Shown here: positions 26,836 through 38,928 of the stretch, piece by piece | How positions within the stretch are numbered: the stretch's first letter is position 1 | Layout of the letters: every line of letters starts with the position of its first letter | From: Conidiobolus incongruus B7586 | Lineage: Eukaryota | Assembly (NCBI GenBank): GCA_000697335.1 | Contig: JNEM01010310.1 | Coordinates: forward strand, 1-42,516 | Direction of reading: 5' to 3' | Length of the DNA: 42,516 nt | The notes under the pieces: model-generated | Seen by the model: the letters and a program-made list of their open reading frames with translations, nothing else | Databases searched by the model: none | Told to the model about the DNA's origin: nothing | Program-made: the position numbers and the translations under genes

Positions 26836-29704
26836 TTAGAAATGGTATTTTAATCTTTTAATTACGATCATAACATTTTGTAAATCTACAGGAGGGACTA
26901 TGTCTTCATTATCATGAGCACTATGACCAAATTTTGATTCTCAACAAGTTAAAAAATTCGAATAAAGTAGGAATATAGTTAAAAATTTTTGAAGATGAGT
27001 TCGATTAGATTGAAATTCGAGATCTTTTTGAGGGTTAAGGTTTTGAATTTGTTTAGACTCCCAAGTGGATTTTAGAGTTATTGAGTTTGATCAATTGATC
27101 TATATTTTATATTAATATCACTATATTTATAAAATAGCTCAAATATTACCAGGTGATGTTTGATCAATCGAAATCTTCTTCTCATAATAGGGCTCTATCA
27201 ACTGGATCAAATTGCCAAAATTATAATTAAACTCTTCATTGGTAAAGTAATATATATTTCCATTTAACAAATTTTAAATATATTTAAATTCAGTTTGAAA
27301 TTGATATTTAAGTATTCCTAAACCTCATTAAATCACATAATCATTGAATCACAGTTGCAATTCCCTGATAATTAATTAATATCAAAATAAACTTATTGAT
27401 TAAAAATATATATTGATTTTTAATCATTTTAATTTGAGATTTTAAAAAGTCTAAAAATTTAAAGAATTCTAATTTTAATCGGTATAAACTTTAAATTGAT
27501 TAAAACACCATGTTGATTGATAATAGATTGGGGATTTACCTGTTGGTTAACATTTGATCTTCCTGACGCTGGTTCAATATAAGTGGGGATACTGAAAATT
27601 CCATATATTTTCGAGTTGTCTAAACAATTAATTAATAAGTTTATAATTGATATAAAAACTAAAATTTAGAAAATGAGGATGTAATTCCACATCAAGGGAT
27701 CTTATATTATTAGATACTTTATTTAAACTGTGGATATGAGCATTAATACTACTTTGAATTGATATCCAAAATAAAATCTTCAAATCATTAAAGCTCATTC
27801 AATTCAATTTTGAATTCTTTGAGTTGGAGTTGGAATTCATTGTTTAGTTGGATACAGATGAGTTGTCCGATAATATCATGATTGCTGTCCAGAAGAGATT
27901 TGCTAAAGTCCAAAAAAGTGTCAGTATTTCAATTATTTGTTAATTGGAAATAATTAAATTACTAAGCCAATTTTAACCACTGATTCAAAAACATTTTTAA
28001 AAATGACATCTGCCATCAAATCATTTTCAACTTGGTCTTTGTTCATAGCTTGCGCAAATAACTTTGTCAGAAAGATAGATTCTGTGATCAAATAATGGAC
28101 CAAAGAGGTGTGAAAGGGTTTGAATAGTGCTTCAAATGGATATTTCTAACTGACTAAGTTAGTCAATTGAACTATAGTTATAAATGATTACTTACAATTC
28201 CTAATTCCTTGGCGGAGTGAATTACAATTGGGGAATAGCCATAAGAATAGAAAATTTTAACTCTGTCCCCCATTACGTAATAGTTGATCTTCTCTTTAGT
28301 GAATTGCTTTGATTGATTGAATAAGGGTATATCGATCATAACTAAACACATAATTAGATTTTAAATTTCCATCAATAATAATATCATTTGGTTACAATTT
28401 TTATTCGTTTCGATACTGCCAATTAATTCCGATTTATCTTGAACTAGTAACTGAAAACCAATCAACAACTTATCGAATAAAATTAATATGAATATATTTA
28501 CCTCTAGTTTTAGTAATTCTCTCGCATACGTATCAAAATGTGCAGAATAATAACAACTCACATTATTGATATAGTGTTGGGCGCATTCTGTTACGACACC
28601 CACATGTCATTCAATAGTAAATTGACTTGAATTTAATCTAGGCAACAGTTTATTGGATTGTGATTTCATTAAACTGTAGTGCCCTAAGAAATGATTGTGA
28701 ATGGTGTCTGCTGTTTTCAAATATAAACGTTTGCACTCTTTAGGGTTCAATTTAGGGATTTCATTGACTTTTTACTTTTGAGAATTTTTTCGCAGTTGGT
28801 CATTACTTTGTCCAGGCGGATTAGCTGATCGATGAATTGTGTGTCCAGGTTGTTAGAGTATAGTGTACTAGAAAATTGATTAAGTTTTGGAATAAACAGT
28901 ATTCATAATTATTATTACTCAATCATCAATTCATCAATTAAAATTTGATCCAATACATTAGTTACATAATCTAATAATATCTAAAATTCAATTAAGAATA
29001 CACTAAATATTTCTATAAAATACATCTCGATATTCCAACTTCAATTGAATTTTTTTAGAATTAGATTGTGAATTTTTAATATCTTTTTTGATTTTAATTA
29101 ATTGGTGGTTAAATTGAATTAAAATGGTTTCCATATTAATTAGTACAGAATTACAAAACTTGAAATAGTATTAGTTTATATTGTAAAATTTAAGTTCGTT
29201 TGATCTTGTATTTGTCTATTTAAATCTATAATGGATGGCGTATATTCTAAAACTATTGAAATTATTAACATATTATTGCTCACAAAATTAATTCTATTGC
29301 ATTACTGAACTAAATTATTTTCACTCTTATGTATACTCTTTTCAACCTCTTTGGTGTATGATACCAAGTCAATATTCCAAGTTTCATTAGCTAAATTAAT
29401 TGAGATATAGTTGCGAATATTCACTTTATTCAAATTTTTCAATGCTAATATTCTTTTCAAACTATAATAATTTATCTAAAATCCATTTCACTAATACTAA
29501 GTTATAAATACGTGTAAATTAGTTACCATCCACTTCCTCAAAATTCCAATCGAGGTTGGGATTATGAATACCTTCAATCCCCAAACAATTTGCTGCGAGA
29601 CTGTGCGTGGTAGGATCTGGTAACAACGACTTTAGATTAATTAATATTTGGATATTTTATGATTTTTACTCTTCAATTGCTTTGGAAAATCCTTCAATAT
29701 CCAT
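26836..29704 (-). pseudogene. VPS52: VPS52-like (GARP/EARP subunit) multi-exon pseudogene or decayed paralog
   Basis: Colinear Vps52-like segments: IDLVSYTKEVEKSI, DLNRQIQ|FCNSVLINMETILIQF, YYVMGDRVKIF..SPIVIHSA..KYPFEALFK, HDIIGQLICIQL, LHPHF|TTRKYMEFS, PPVDLQNVMIVIKK. Lesions: stops at 29302-04, 28607-09 and 26941-43; a frameshift at ~28770; non-canonical splice sites (GA donor 29205, CT donor 27669, TG acceptor 27911-12). Ends are approximate. Confidence 0.8.
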
Positions 29705-30557
29705 TATTATCTTTTATTCATTATTATACATTTTTAAGACTGTCCAATTTATGTTATTTTTATTGAATCAACTATTATTATGGATACGAATTATTTGGAT
29801 CAAATAACATTGGATTGTGAGTTTGCAGTCAGAGAATATGAAAATAATGAATAATTTAAATGATATTGAATCAAATACTTTAACTATCTTATCAGTTATG
29901 TTAATAAGATTTTAAAAAATTAACATTTATTTCTAAAGACCGAATATTAAATCAGATTATTTCATTGGTAAAAATTTATATTTTATTATCAGATATTGAT
30001 AGAACTTTGTAAAATTTAGACTGATGTTCATTATAGTATTTTGTGCAAATATCTATGACTAAATATTTTGTTTGATATTTTGTTCAGTTATTTAAAAATG
30101 CTAGCAATTGCTCCATTCATATGTCAAAAATTAAAATGACATTGAAGGATTGTAAATATAGAATATAAATGAATTAATTTTATACTATATTTGCCAAATT
30201 ATACCATATCATTATAATCTTATATTAATTATTTCATCCATTTTTAAAGTTGATTCAATTTGTACATCATTTCTTAGTATTAGTTGAATATCCAATTTGA
30301 GACAGGTTGAATATTTACAATTGATTATTCTCTCCATTTATTACTCGTGTATTTAATTATGATCATCCTGAAATCAAATTCAAATGAATATTCAGAATGA
30401 GCAATTTCAGTATAAATAATAAAGTACTGTGATATTATATATATTATTGATAAAATTATATATATAACTTTTTTAGATTCTTATCAAATATTGCAGTATA
30501 TATTTAATATTCAATTATTTAACCAAATATATAATAATTTAAATACTATATACATTA

Positions 30558-31613
30558 ATGCCTATTGAAGAAACCCCTCTACTTAACCAAGATGCTAAGC
30601 CGAATATATCTGTGTCATTTGGGTCGTCATCCTCAACAATGATAATAGATTTGGTGAATGGTCCAGATAAAAATAAGGATTATGAGGTGATGGAAATTCA
30701 CGGTACTACAGAACCATCTCCCCAAACTATCTACAAAGGTATTCAGGATATGCTATTGGCATCCTTCGCTTTTGCAATTATTCATTTGGTAATGAAATTT
30801 TTGACTGAAGATGGATTTCCTGTCTCCCAAATACTTGCCCTCAGATCCATAGCCATGCTATTTACTTGTGGTATATATGCTAATTGTTTCAGCATTCCAT
30901 ATGGATGTTTGGGTCCTAAGAAAGATAGATTTTGGTTACACATTAGAGGATCCGTGGGTGCTTTGGGAGCGGTTCTTTTTTTCCTGTCCATGACACACCT
31001 CGATTTGGGGGATGCCGTCACAATCTCATTTATAGCACCTGTAATCATGCCGATTTTGGCCTGGCTCTGGCTTGGTGAAGGATACTCTACAATGGAAGCA
31101 TGTGCAACCTTACTAGCAATTACTGGAGTCGCATTTATTTCCAGACCTGCTATCATATTTGGCACCAATGGATTTAGTGAAGCATCTAGTGGATTGGGGA
31201 TCACTTTGGCAATTATTGCTGCAGTCACAGCAGCTATTGGAAATCTTTCAATTAGAAAATTGTCATCGAGCACCCAATGTACCCAAATTGTTCTCTATAT
31301 GCATATTTGGACTATTCCTGGCTGCGTTGTGATGATATTTGCCGAAGGTATGCCAATAGCTTTGGATTTCAATCTTAGGACGAATAGTCTATTCGTATTA
31401 CTTATTATATTATCGCTAGCTGGGCAGTTTTTGATGTCTAGAAGTATTTTAATGACCCCAACCAGATATGTAACGCCAATTGTCTTTACACAGGTCATCT
31501 TCGCTTATATCAATCAGTTCCTATTTTTTGGAACTCAACCTACTTCTAGTAGTTGTTTAGGCGTTTTGTTAGTTGGAATAAGTTTGATATTGCTTCACTT
31601 TAAAATTAAATAA
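30558..31613 (+). CDS. EamA/DMT-superfamily transporter, paralog 2, intronless
   Basis: 351 aa, colinear with 23698-24744 (DGFPVSQ, LGP.KDRFWL..RGS.GAL, HLDLGD, FTQV..AYINQF). Confidence 0.92.
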   Translation: MPIEETPLLNQDAKPNISVSFGSSSSTMIIDLVNGPDKNKDYEVMEIHGTTEPSPQTIYKGIQDMLLASFAFAIIHLVMKFLTEDGFPVSQILALRSIAMLFTCGIYANCFSIPYGCLGPKKDRFWLHIRGSVGALGAVLFFLSMTHLDLGDAVTISFIAPVIMPILAWLWLGEGYSTMEACATLLAITGVAFISRPAIIFGTNGFSEASSGLGITLAIIAAVTAAIGNLSIRKLSSSTQCTQIVLYMHIWTIPGCVVMIFAEGMPIALDFNLRTNSLFVLLIILSLAGQFLMSRSILMTPTRYVTPIVFTQVIFAYINQFLFFGTQPTSSSCLGVLLVGISLILLHFKIK

Positions 31614-32709
31614 ATTTCCATTTATTTAGATTAGTCATTTTATTCATTGAATATCAATGTTATACTTTTATATTCCTTAATATCTATCTCAAAATATTTT
31701 TGACATTGATTATTTTCAATTCGAAATATTTCATCCATCTCTTATACTCTCTTTTATCTGTTTACTTTCTGCATTAATAACGTTTACTATATTTTTCTTG
31801 TAAAACAATATTTCAATTCTGTATTCAACTTAATGTACTTTTAAATTAGTATCCACAATTTAGGTTAAGATATAACCATATTGATGACTTGAAAATAGCC
31901 AAGATTTTAAGTTGTGAATATAAATTCATTATTAAATGAAGACAAGACGAATTGAATGATGATATCAATCCTAATATTATCAATTGTGCTAATATATAAT
32001 TATAAAAATTAATTAAACAACTATGGATTATTAAATTAAATATTATCATATTCTCTTTAGGATAAGATATGTAATCCTCTGCAAAATATATTTTTCAAAT
32101 AATTAGTCTTTCAGAAATTTCGTCTATGGCTAACACCGAACTAAATTAATTATTATTGAATTTACCTTTTATTCTTATATATAGGGTATTTATTCTATTA
32201 TTACATAGTTCGTTTAATATTCATATTTCAAGTATATTTATTTTATTAAATTTTATTGAAAAATAACTTTCAATAACCAATATATATCTTAATATATAAA
32301 AAAATTTAAATTACATTTAATATTTGTAAAAATCAAATAAAAAAGATATACCCTATTGAAATATCAAAAATATAGAACTTCTGAATGTAAACTCGTCACA
32401 CTCATTAGGTCTAAAGTTGATTCTATGTTTACTATTTACTTGAACCAAACGTTCAATTTAGGGAAAATGAGTAATTATCATTACTGCCTCCATTTCTAGC
32501 TCATAAACTTTGTTATGGATCATTACTTAGTACTGATTGAAAATTAATTTTTGTAAGGTTAATTTCAGTATATAAATCATATAATGATAAAATTTTATTT
32601 ATTATTCACAAAGTTTTATAAAAGAATTGTTAAAGATAGTTGTTCAAATTATAATTTAGATTTAATATTAAAAAATATAAAAAATATAATTCAAATATTT
32701 TATATTTTG

Positions 32710-35062
32710 ATACTTACAATAGATATTCTACTATGTTAGCTAGGATGATATATCTAAAATATCCATGAGGATGAAGCCTTCATCTTCTATTACTCTGCAT
32801 TTTTAATAATGAGAATTTTTTGCAATTAAAAATAAATAAATATTTTAATATATGATATATAAAAATAAGTATATAATATAAATTTAATAGTTTCTTTTAT
32901 TATTAATAACTTTTTGTTATATTTTTAGCAAAGATTTAACATCTAAAAAATAGTTTTTTTATTAAAGACTAAAATTTGATATTTCACAAACTAATTAAAT
33001 TTTCCTGTAGAAATTTTCTTTCTTGTAAGCTAGTTTTTTAATTGCTTAAAGCAATTATAATCACATAAGTTATAATCTAAAGAGTATATTAAATGTTGTA
33101 GTTTTTTCTAGTTATTTTTAATTAGAAAGTTTATTATAACTTTAGATTTATATATTTTACAATTGTCATACAAAATAATAAGTTTTTATAAATTATATTA
33201 AGAACACTAAATAAAAATACTTTTATTTAAAAAAACAATATAAAGTTTACAATTAAGTGATTTTCCTTTAAAAATTAAATAAAAGTAGTATATGTCATTA
33301 TAATTTATTATAATAACTAACATTCACTTATTAATAAAATATTTATTTAAAAATATTTATGAAGGGGGTTAATATAACTTAATTTAACATTTTAATTTGT
33401 GTTTTAATAAAAGATTATATATAGTGATTTAAGATTCACTAATTGTAATTATTCATTATAAAAGTTTAAGCTTCTAATAATATTTTAGTAAGTTTTATTT
33501 AATAATAACTACTCTAACTTTTTTTAAGCTTTAATTCAATTATAAGGTATTTATTTTATATTTTTATTTATTAATTTAAGTTTAAACTTTAATATATATA
33601 TAATATTTGTAAAATTAATATTAAACTATTTAGATAATTTTTTAATTAAAATAAAAAAGTACTTTTTAATATATTTTTTACTTTATTAATAATTAAAAAA
33701 ATAATAATTAAAGTTAATTTTTTAAATTTTAGTAAGTTTTAAATAATTTTATTTTTAGTTTTAAAGTAATTTACTTAATAATAAATTGTTGATTTAAATA
33801 ATATTTTATTATTAAAAGTTGTTTGTAAATTTTAAATAATTTTAAAGGGCTTATAGTTAAGTTTTACTAATATTAAAATAAAAAACTTTTGATGATTACT
33901 ATTTAGTTTAAATATAATTAAATTAAACAACCAATTTTAAAAAGTTAATTTTTTATTCAAAAAAATTAATATATATATATTTTAAAAATATATAATCTCC
34001 TATTAACTTTATATATATTTATTTATTTCAAACTAATAATATATTTGAAAAATCAGAAATTAAAAAATTTTCCATTACTCCAAATACAAGGTAATAGCAT
34101 AACTTTATTAATAATACAGAGCCTCAATAAAAATAAAGATCATAATTGATAGAAATTTACTGGTTTACACAGCCATCCTCTCAAATCATTTACCAAGGAA
34201 TTTAGAACATGTTCTTAGCATCATATACAATTTCAATAATTAAATTTTTAATGAAACTTTTGACTGAAGCTGGGTTTCTCGTCTCCCAAACACTTGCCAT
34301 TATGTCGATATTAATACTATTTGTATGTGGCATCTAAGTCAACTATTTTAACATCCTTCACGGTAGATTTGATCTGAAGATATATCAATTTCGGTTATAT
34401 ATTAGATGGGCTCTCAATGCTTGGGAGCTTACCTTTTCATATTTTCCATGTTAAACTACGAATTGGGAGATGTCGTCACCATCTCATTTATTATACCTGT
34501 GATCATGCGAATTATAGCCTGACTGTAGCTTGGTGAAGGATATTCTGCAAAGAAAGCACGTGCGACGTTACTAGCAATCACAGGTGTCACATTGATTTCG
34601 AGATCTGCTATTATATTTAGCAGCAATGAATCCATCGAAACATCTAGAGGATTGAAATTACTTTAACAATAGCTTCAACACTCGCAGCTGAAATTACCAA
34701 TCTCTCAATTTGAAAATTGGCATCCAGTATCAATGTTATCAAATTCGTTTATATACACGTTTGGACTATTCTCAATTGTAAGTTATGATCATTGCTAAAG
34801 GATATTCTATTTATTTGAATTCAACCTCAAAAACAAAATCTTATTTTCAGTCATTCTAACGAAGTTATCAATATAGCTTTTAATGCCTCGAAGTATATTG
34901 AAGTTAACTACCAGATTTGTTACATCTATTATATTTACTAAAGTAATCTTCTCTTATATTGATCAATTTTTGTTTTTTGATATTCAACCCACCTCCAGTA
35001 GTTGATTAGGAATCACATCAGTTTCTACTAATTTTATAGTTCTTTAATTTAACATTAAATAG
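32710..35062 (+). pseudogene. EamA/DMT paralog 3, pseudogene interrupted by a mariner element
   Basis: 32710-32789 aligns with the N-terminus of paralog 2 (ATG>ATA, CAR>TAG). 34097-35062 aligns with the remainder (e.g. gggtttctcgtctcccaaacacttgcc, ttgggagatgtcgtcaccatctcattt, cttggtgaaggatattct) and carries multiple stops and frameshifts. Confidence 0.9.
32790..34094 (-). mobile_element. Full-length (1305 bp) hypermutated DD34D mariner with imperfect TIRs and TA target-site duplication
   Basis: TA at 32788-89 and 34095-96. Ends read TTACTCTGCATTTTTAATAATGAGAA and (reverse complement) TTACCTTGTATTTGGAGTAATGGAAA. Relict EKLQHLIYSLDYNLCDYNCFKQLK corresponds to the YSPDxxPCD motif. Removing the element restores the EamA reading frame. 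Confidence 0.9.
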
Positions 35063-35559
35063 ATATTATATTCTTTTTATTGATCATATTTTAGATAGGG
35101 TTTGATTGATTTGTTTTATATTTAATATTAGTTACCAATTATCATTTTAAAGGATTAATAACAAATAGATCGACATATCCTTTCAAAAAAAACCTTTGTA
35201 CATTGTTATAGCATTAATATTAATCAAAACTGCTATATTGTAATTAATTTATAACAATATTGGTTTATCCTATTATTTTCAAATGTTTTTAAAGTTGAAT
35301 ATCAAAAGTAAGATGTTAATTTGAAATGTAAGTGTTCAAAATCAACCTTTATAACTTATTATAAGTTCAAGCATTGGTTTCAACCATTAGATCCATAATA
35401 ATTATGATGATAAATTAGTAAAACTATTTGAATTTTTTTAAAATAACAAGATACTATTATAAAGCAGTTTAAAATAATATAATTGAATTTTTAAGTATTT
35501 AAATTATTAAAAATTAAAATATTTAAAGGTAAATATTATATTATAAATTATATCATAAT

Positions 35560-36065
35560 TTATCACTTTAAAAAAATATTTATTAAATTTTTTTCAAATA
35601 GATTATTATATATCCTTTTTCAGTATTTAAATTATTAATATTCAAATTTAATATTTTTATATAATTATTAAAAATATGGATAATTTTTAAATATAAATTT
35701 AAAAATAAAAAATGATGAATTTTTTAGTTTTAATATTTAAAATAAATTGTTTTAAAAATTTAAATATATATAAAATATAGGAAAATTACTATTTTTAAAA
35801 TATATAAATTTTATATAATAATATGTCTATTAAAATATATTTAATTCAATATTTAAAGTTGATTATAATTATATTTAAATTAAATAGTGATTATTAAAAG
35901 TCTTTTATTTTAATATTATTAAAACTCAATCATAACCTTTTTATAAGCATTTATAATTTATAAACAAATATTAAATATAATATTTTATCCAAATTCATAA
36001 TTTATCACCAGATTTATCATTATCAAAGCTAAAATGGATATTATTGAAAATTTATTTAAATTTTA
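35560..36065 (+). mobile_element. Probable Tc1/IS630-like transposase remnant, copy 2
   Basis: 36002-36049 reads L-S-P-D-L-S-L-S-K-L-K-W-I-L-L-K, matching the spacing of the Tc1 motif SPDLNPIENLWxxLK. Homologous to 1305-1790. Confidence 0.5.
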
Positions 36066-36084
36066 AAGATTATATTTAATTATT

Positions 36085-36885
36085 ATATTTTTATTCATTA
36101 AAAGAATAAAGAAATATATTTCAAAACACCTTTTTATTTTAGCAAAAGAATTATTTAGTGAAATAACTACTAATGATATAAATATTTTATTAATATTAAA
36201 ATTATAACCTATATAAATTAATTAAAATATAAAATAAAATTAAAATAACTATAGCTAAATAAAAATTAAAATAATACTAAAAACAAAGGTTTTTTATAAT
36301 AAATTATTAAACTTGATGAATTTTGAATCTCTTTATATAATCCTTGGCTTAAAAATAAAAAAAGTTTAATTAAGCTAAAATTATCCTTTTTATAAATTTA
36401 AATAAATATTTATTTCATTGATAAATATATATTAAATATTAAAATAAAATATAATAATAAATTTTAAACTATTATTTTAATAAAATAATTATTTAGATGA
36501 TATTTTTATTATAAAACAAAAATATCTATTATTTTAAATAATTATTATAAAATACAAATTTAAACTTATAAAGTATTTTTTATATAAAAATAACTAAAAA
36601 AAATATCATATCTAATATATTCACTAGATTATAGCCTATATAATTCTAATTATTTTAGGTAATTAAAAATTATGCTTATACTCAAAATCTTATAAATAAA
36701 TTAAATAAAAATTATGAAATATCAAATTTTAGTGTTTAATAAAAAACTGCTTTTTATATCTTAAAAGGTTATTAAAAGTATACCAAAAAGTTATTAATAA
36801 TATAAAAGAGTATTAATTTTATATTATATAATAGATTTTATAAATAATATATTAATATTTTTATTTGTTTTTAATTTAAAAATTG
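36085..36885 (+). mobile_element. More diverged, 5'-truncated mariner, copy 3
   Basis: Matches copy 1 from ~355 onward (aaaacacctttttattttagcaaaagaattattt). Retains ctt-gat-gaa-ttt-tga-atc-tct-tta-tat-aat-cct (DExW..YNP) and tat-tca-cta-gat-tat (YSPD). Confidence 0.75.
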
Positions 36886-37235
36886 GTCCACTATTTACTT
36901 TTTATATTAATCTTTTAAATTAGTTTCTTGATAAAATAGTTAATAATAGTAATATTAATAGTTTTTAATATATAATATATTTTTTTAATTTTATCAAAAT
37001 AGATAGAATATATTTAATAAATATTATAAAAAAAAACTAAAAGAATTAATAAAATATTATAGTAAATAAGCTGCATAAGTTATTGTTATATATATATAGA
37101 AGTAAATATTCAATTTAGATAGATTTTGATTTATAATTTAATATAAATATTTTGAACTGAATAGTTGAAATTTTTAAAAAAAATTTAATCGTAAATAAAT
37201 TCTATATTAAAGATAAGAGTAATTGAAAGTGATCA

Positions 37236-37308
37236 GCTGTCGTTGTGTAGTGGTTATCACATCTGCTTTACACGCAGAAGGTCCTCGGTTCGATCCCGGG
37301 CGATAGCA
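37236..37308 (+). tRNA. tRNA-Val(TAC)
   Basis: GCTGTCGTTGTGTAGTGGTTATCACATCTGCTTTACACGCAGAAGGTCCTCGGTTCGATCCCGGGCGATAGCA. Cloverleaf with anticodon TAC, TTCGA T-loop and a downstream T-run. Confidence 0.97.
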
Positions 37309-38822
37309 ATATTTATATTTTTTATTACTAAATTTTTTTATGATATTTTCTCATTATATCTTAATATTATATATTCAATTCTATAATCATTTAATATGAT
37401 AAATTTAATCAGTTTTTATTATCTGATTCAATGTTTATTATTGAATATGAGATTAATATTTAATTCAACAAAATTTCAATTCATAGCATATATTTGTTTA
37501 AATAATGTTAGTAACAAATAATAATTTAAATGTATCGATGTAATCAATTTGAGTTAGATCTCAGCAGTATTTACATGATTTTGAAATAATAACATTAATC
37601 ACTTAATATTGAATTGATTTCATAATAAAATTCAAAAATTACCTTTTGATAAGAAAATATCAATCTAATATCAAAATTAATATTATAATGATATATGAAA
37701 TTGAATAAAGATATATAATGTAAGTATTATTTTAAACTATTAATTTAATATGAGGACAATTTAAACAAATTTTATGTAATTTGAAATTGTGAAATTGTGA
37801 AATTGACTCTCAAATTCAAATCTTGTATAAATGAATAAGTGAAAAAAAATAACAAAGCAACTATATTAAAATGTTTATCAAAAATTTTAATAAATATCAA
37901 ATTGATATTTTATATAATTAGAAAATAATCTTTTAATAGTATAAATAATTATATTGAATTTATAAAGTTCAATCTTAAAAGGATGATATAATTGATAATT
38001 TAAATTTATTATATAAAAATATAATATGTTAGTTTCTATGAAGATTATTAATTTTATGAATAAGATTAAAAAAATAGATAAAGTTTAGTCATTTGAATAT
38101 AAAAGTTAATTCCTTAAATTTAAAAAAGCAATTTTAATTATATTGAATAATTTTATATTTGAAATTTTGAATTAATTTTTGAAAAAAAGACAATACTTTT
38201 GAAATAACTTAATATTTTTATTTAATACAAATAATATCTTTAAATTCAATACAAAGTTGTAATATCATAAAATTAATTAATTATAATAAATAAATAGTAG
38301 TAATTATATTAACAGATATTTTTTGACCTAATTCAGCTTAAATTTATTTACTTTACTATAATTTAATATTGACTAACTAATAATATTCTATAATTTTGAA
38401 TTTTATTTTATTTATTTTTAACTATTCTAATATTTCAAGTAATATTTCATAAATTATAGTGAGAAAAAGAATTAAACTTACTATTAAATCTTTAGGGAAG
38501 GAGTATTGTTTGTTAACCGAAATATTGGCAACTCTGATATAAGTTAGTGTTATTGATTCATATGGTTTGTAACTAGTAAAAAAATATATATTTAGTTTTT
38601 CATTGTTAGAAATTTTTTTCAATAATATTTTGTAAATTATGAATCAAAATCCTGACTATGAATAAATATAATAATTTTATAATTGTTAGTAATGTTTCCT
38701 TTATTATATAATAACCTTTTCTGAAATATATAATTGAATATTAATTTATTAATTAAATAATTTTATTAAGCATATTGTTGGATTTCAAAATTTAGGCTCG
38801 ATCTGGATTGGATAGTTAAGGT

Positions 38823-38928
38823 AATAGTATTTGATAGATTATAACATTCACTGAATCAACTATTTAAATAATTTACTATCAACCATCTTAATTGAAAAAT
38901 CTTATTATATATCTTTATAATATTATAA
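38823..38928. repeat. 106-bp dispersed repeat, inverted relative to 12412-12517
   Basis: 105/106 identical to the reverse complement of 12412-12517. Confidence 0.95.

Noticed and set aside
28607..28609. In-frame TGA in the VPS52-like gene as possible selenocysteine or a recoded stop
   Set aside because: The same gene has TAA stops, frameshifts and broken splice sites, and intact genes here (RRF, Q-rich protein) use TGA as a normal stop. Decay is the simpler explanation.
30782..31498. Minus-strand ORFs of 163 and 67 aa
   Set aside because: Antisense shadows of EamA paralog 2.
37782..37805. (TGAAATTG)x3 tandem repeat
   Set aside because: Short simple repeat in AT-rich DNA with no supporting context.
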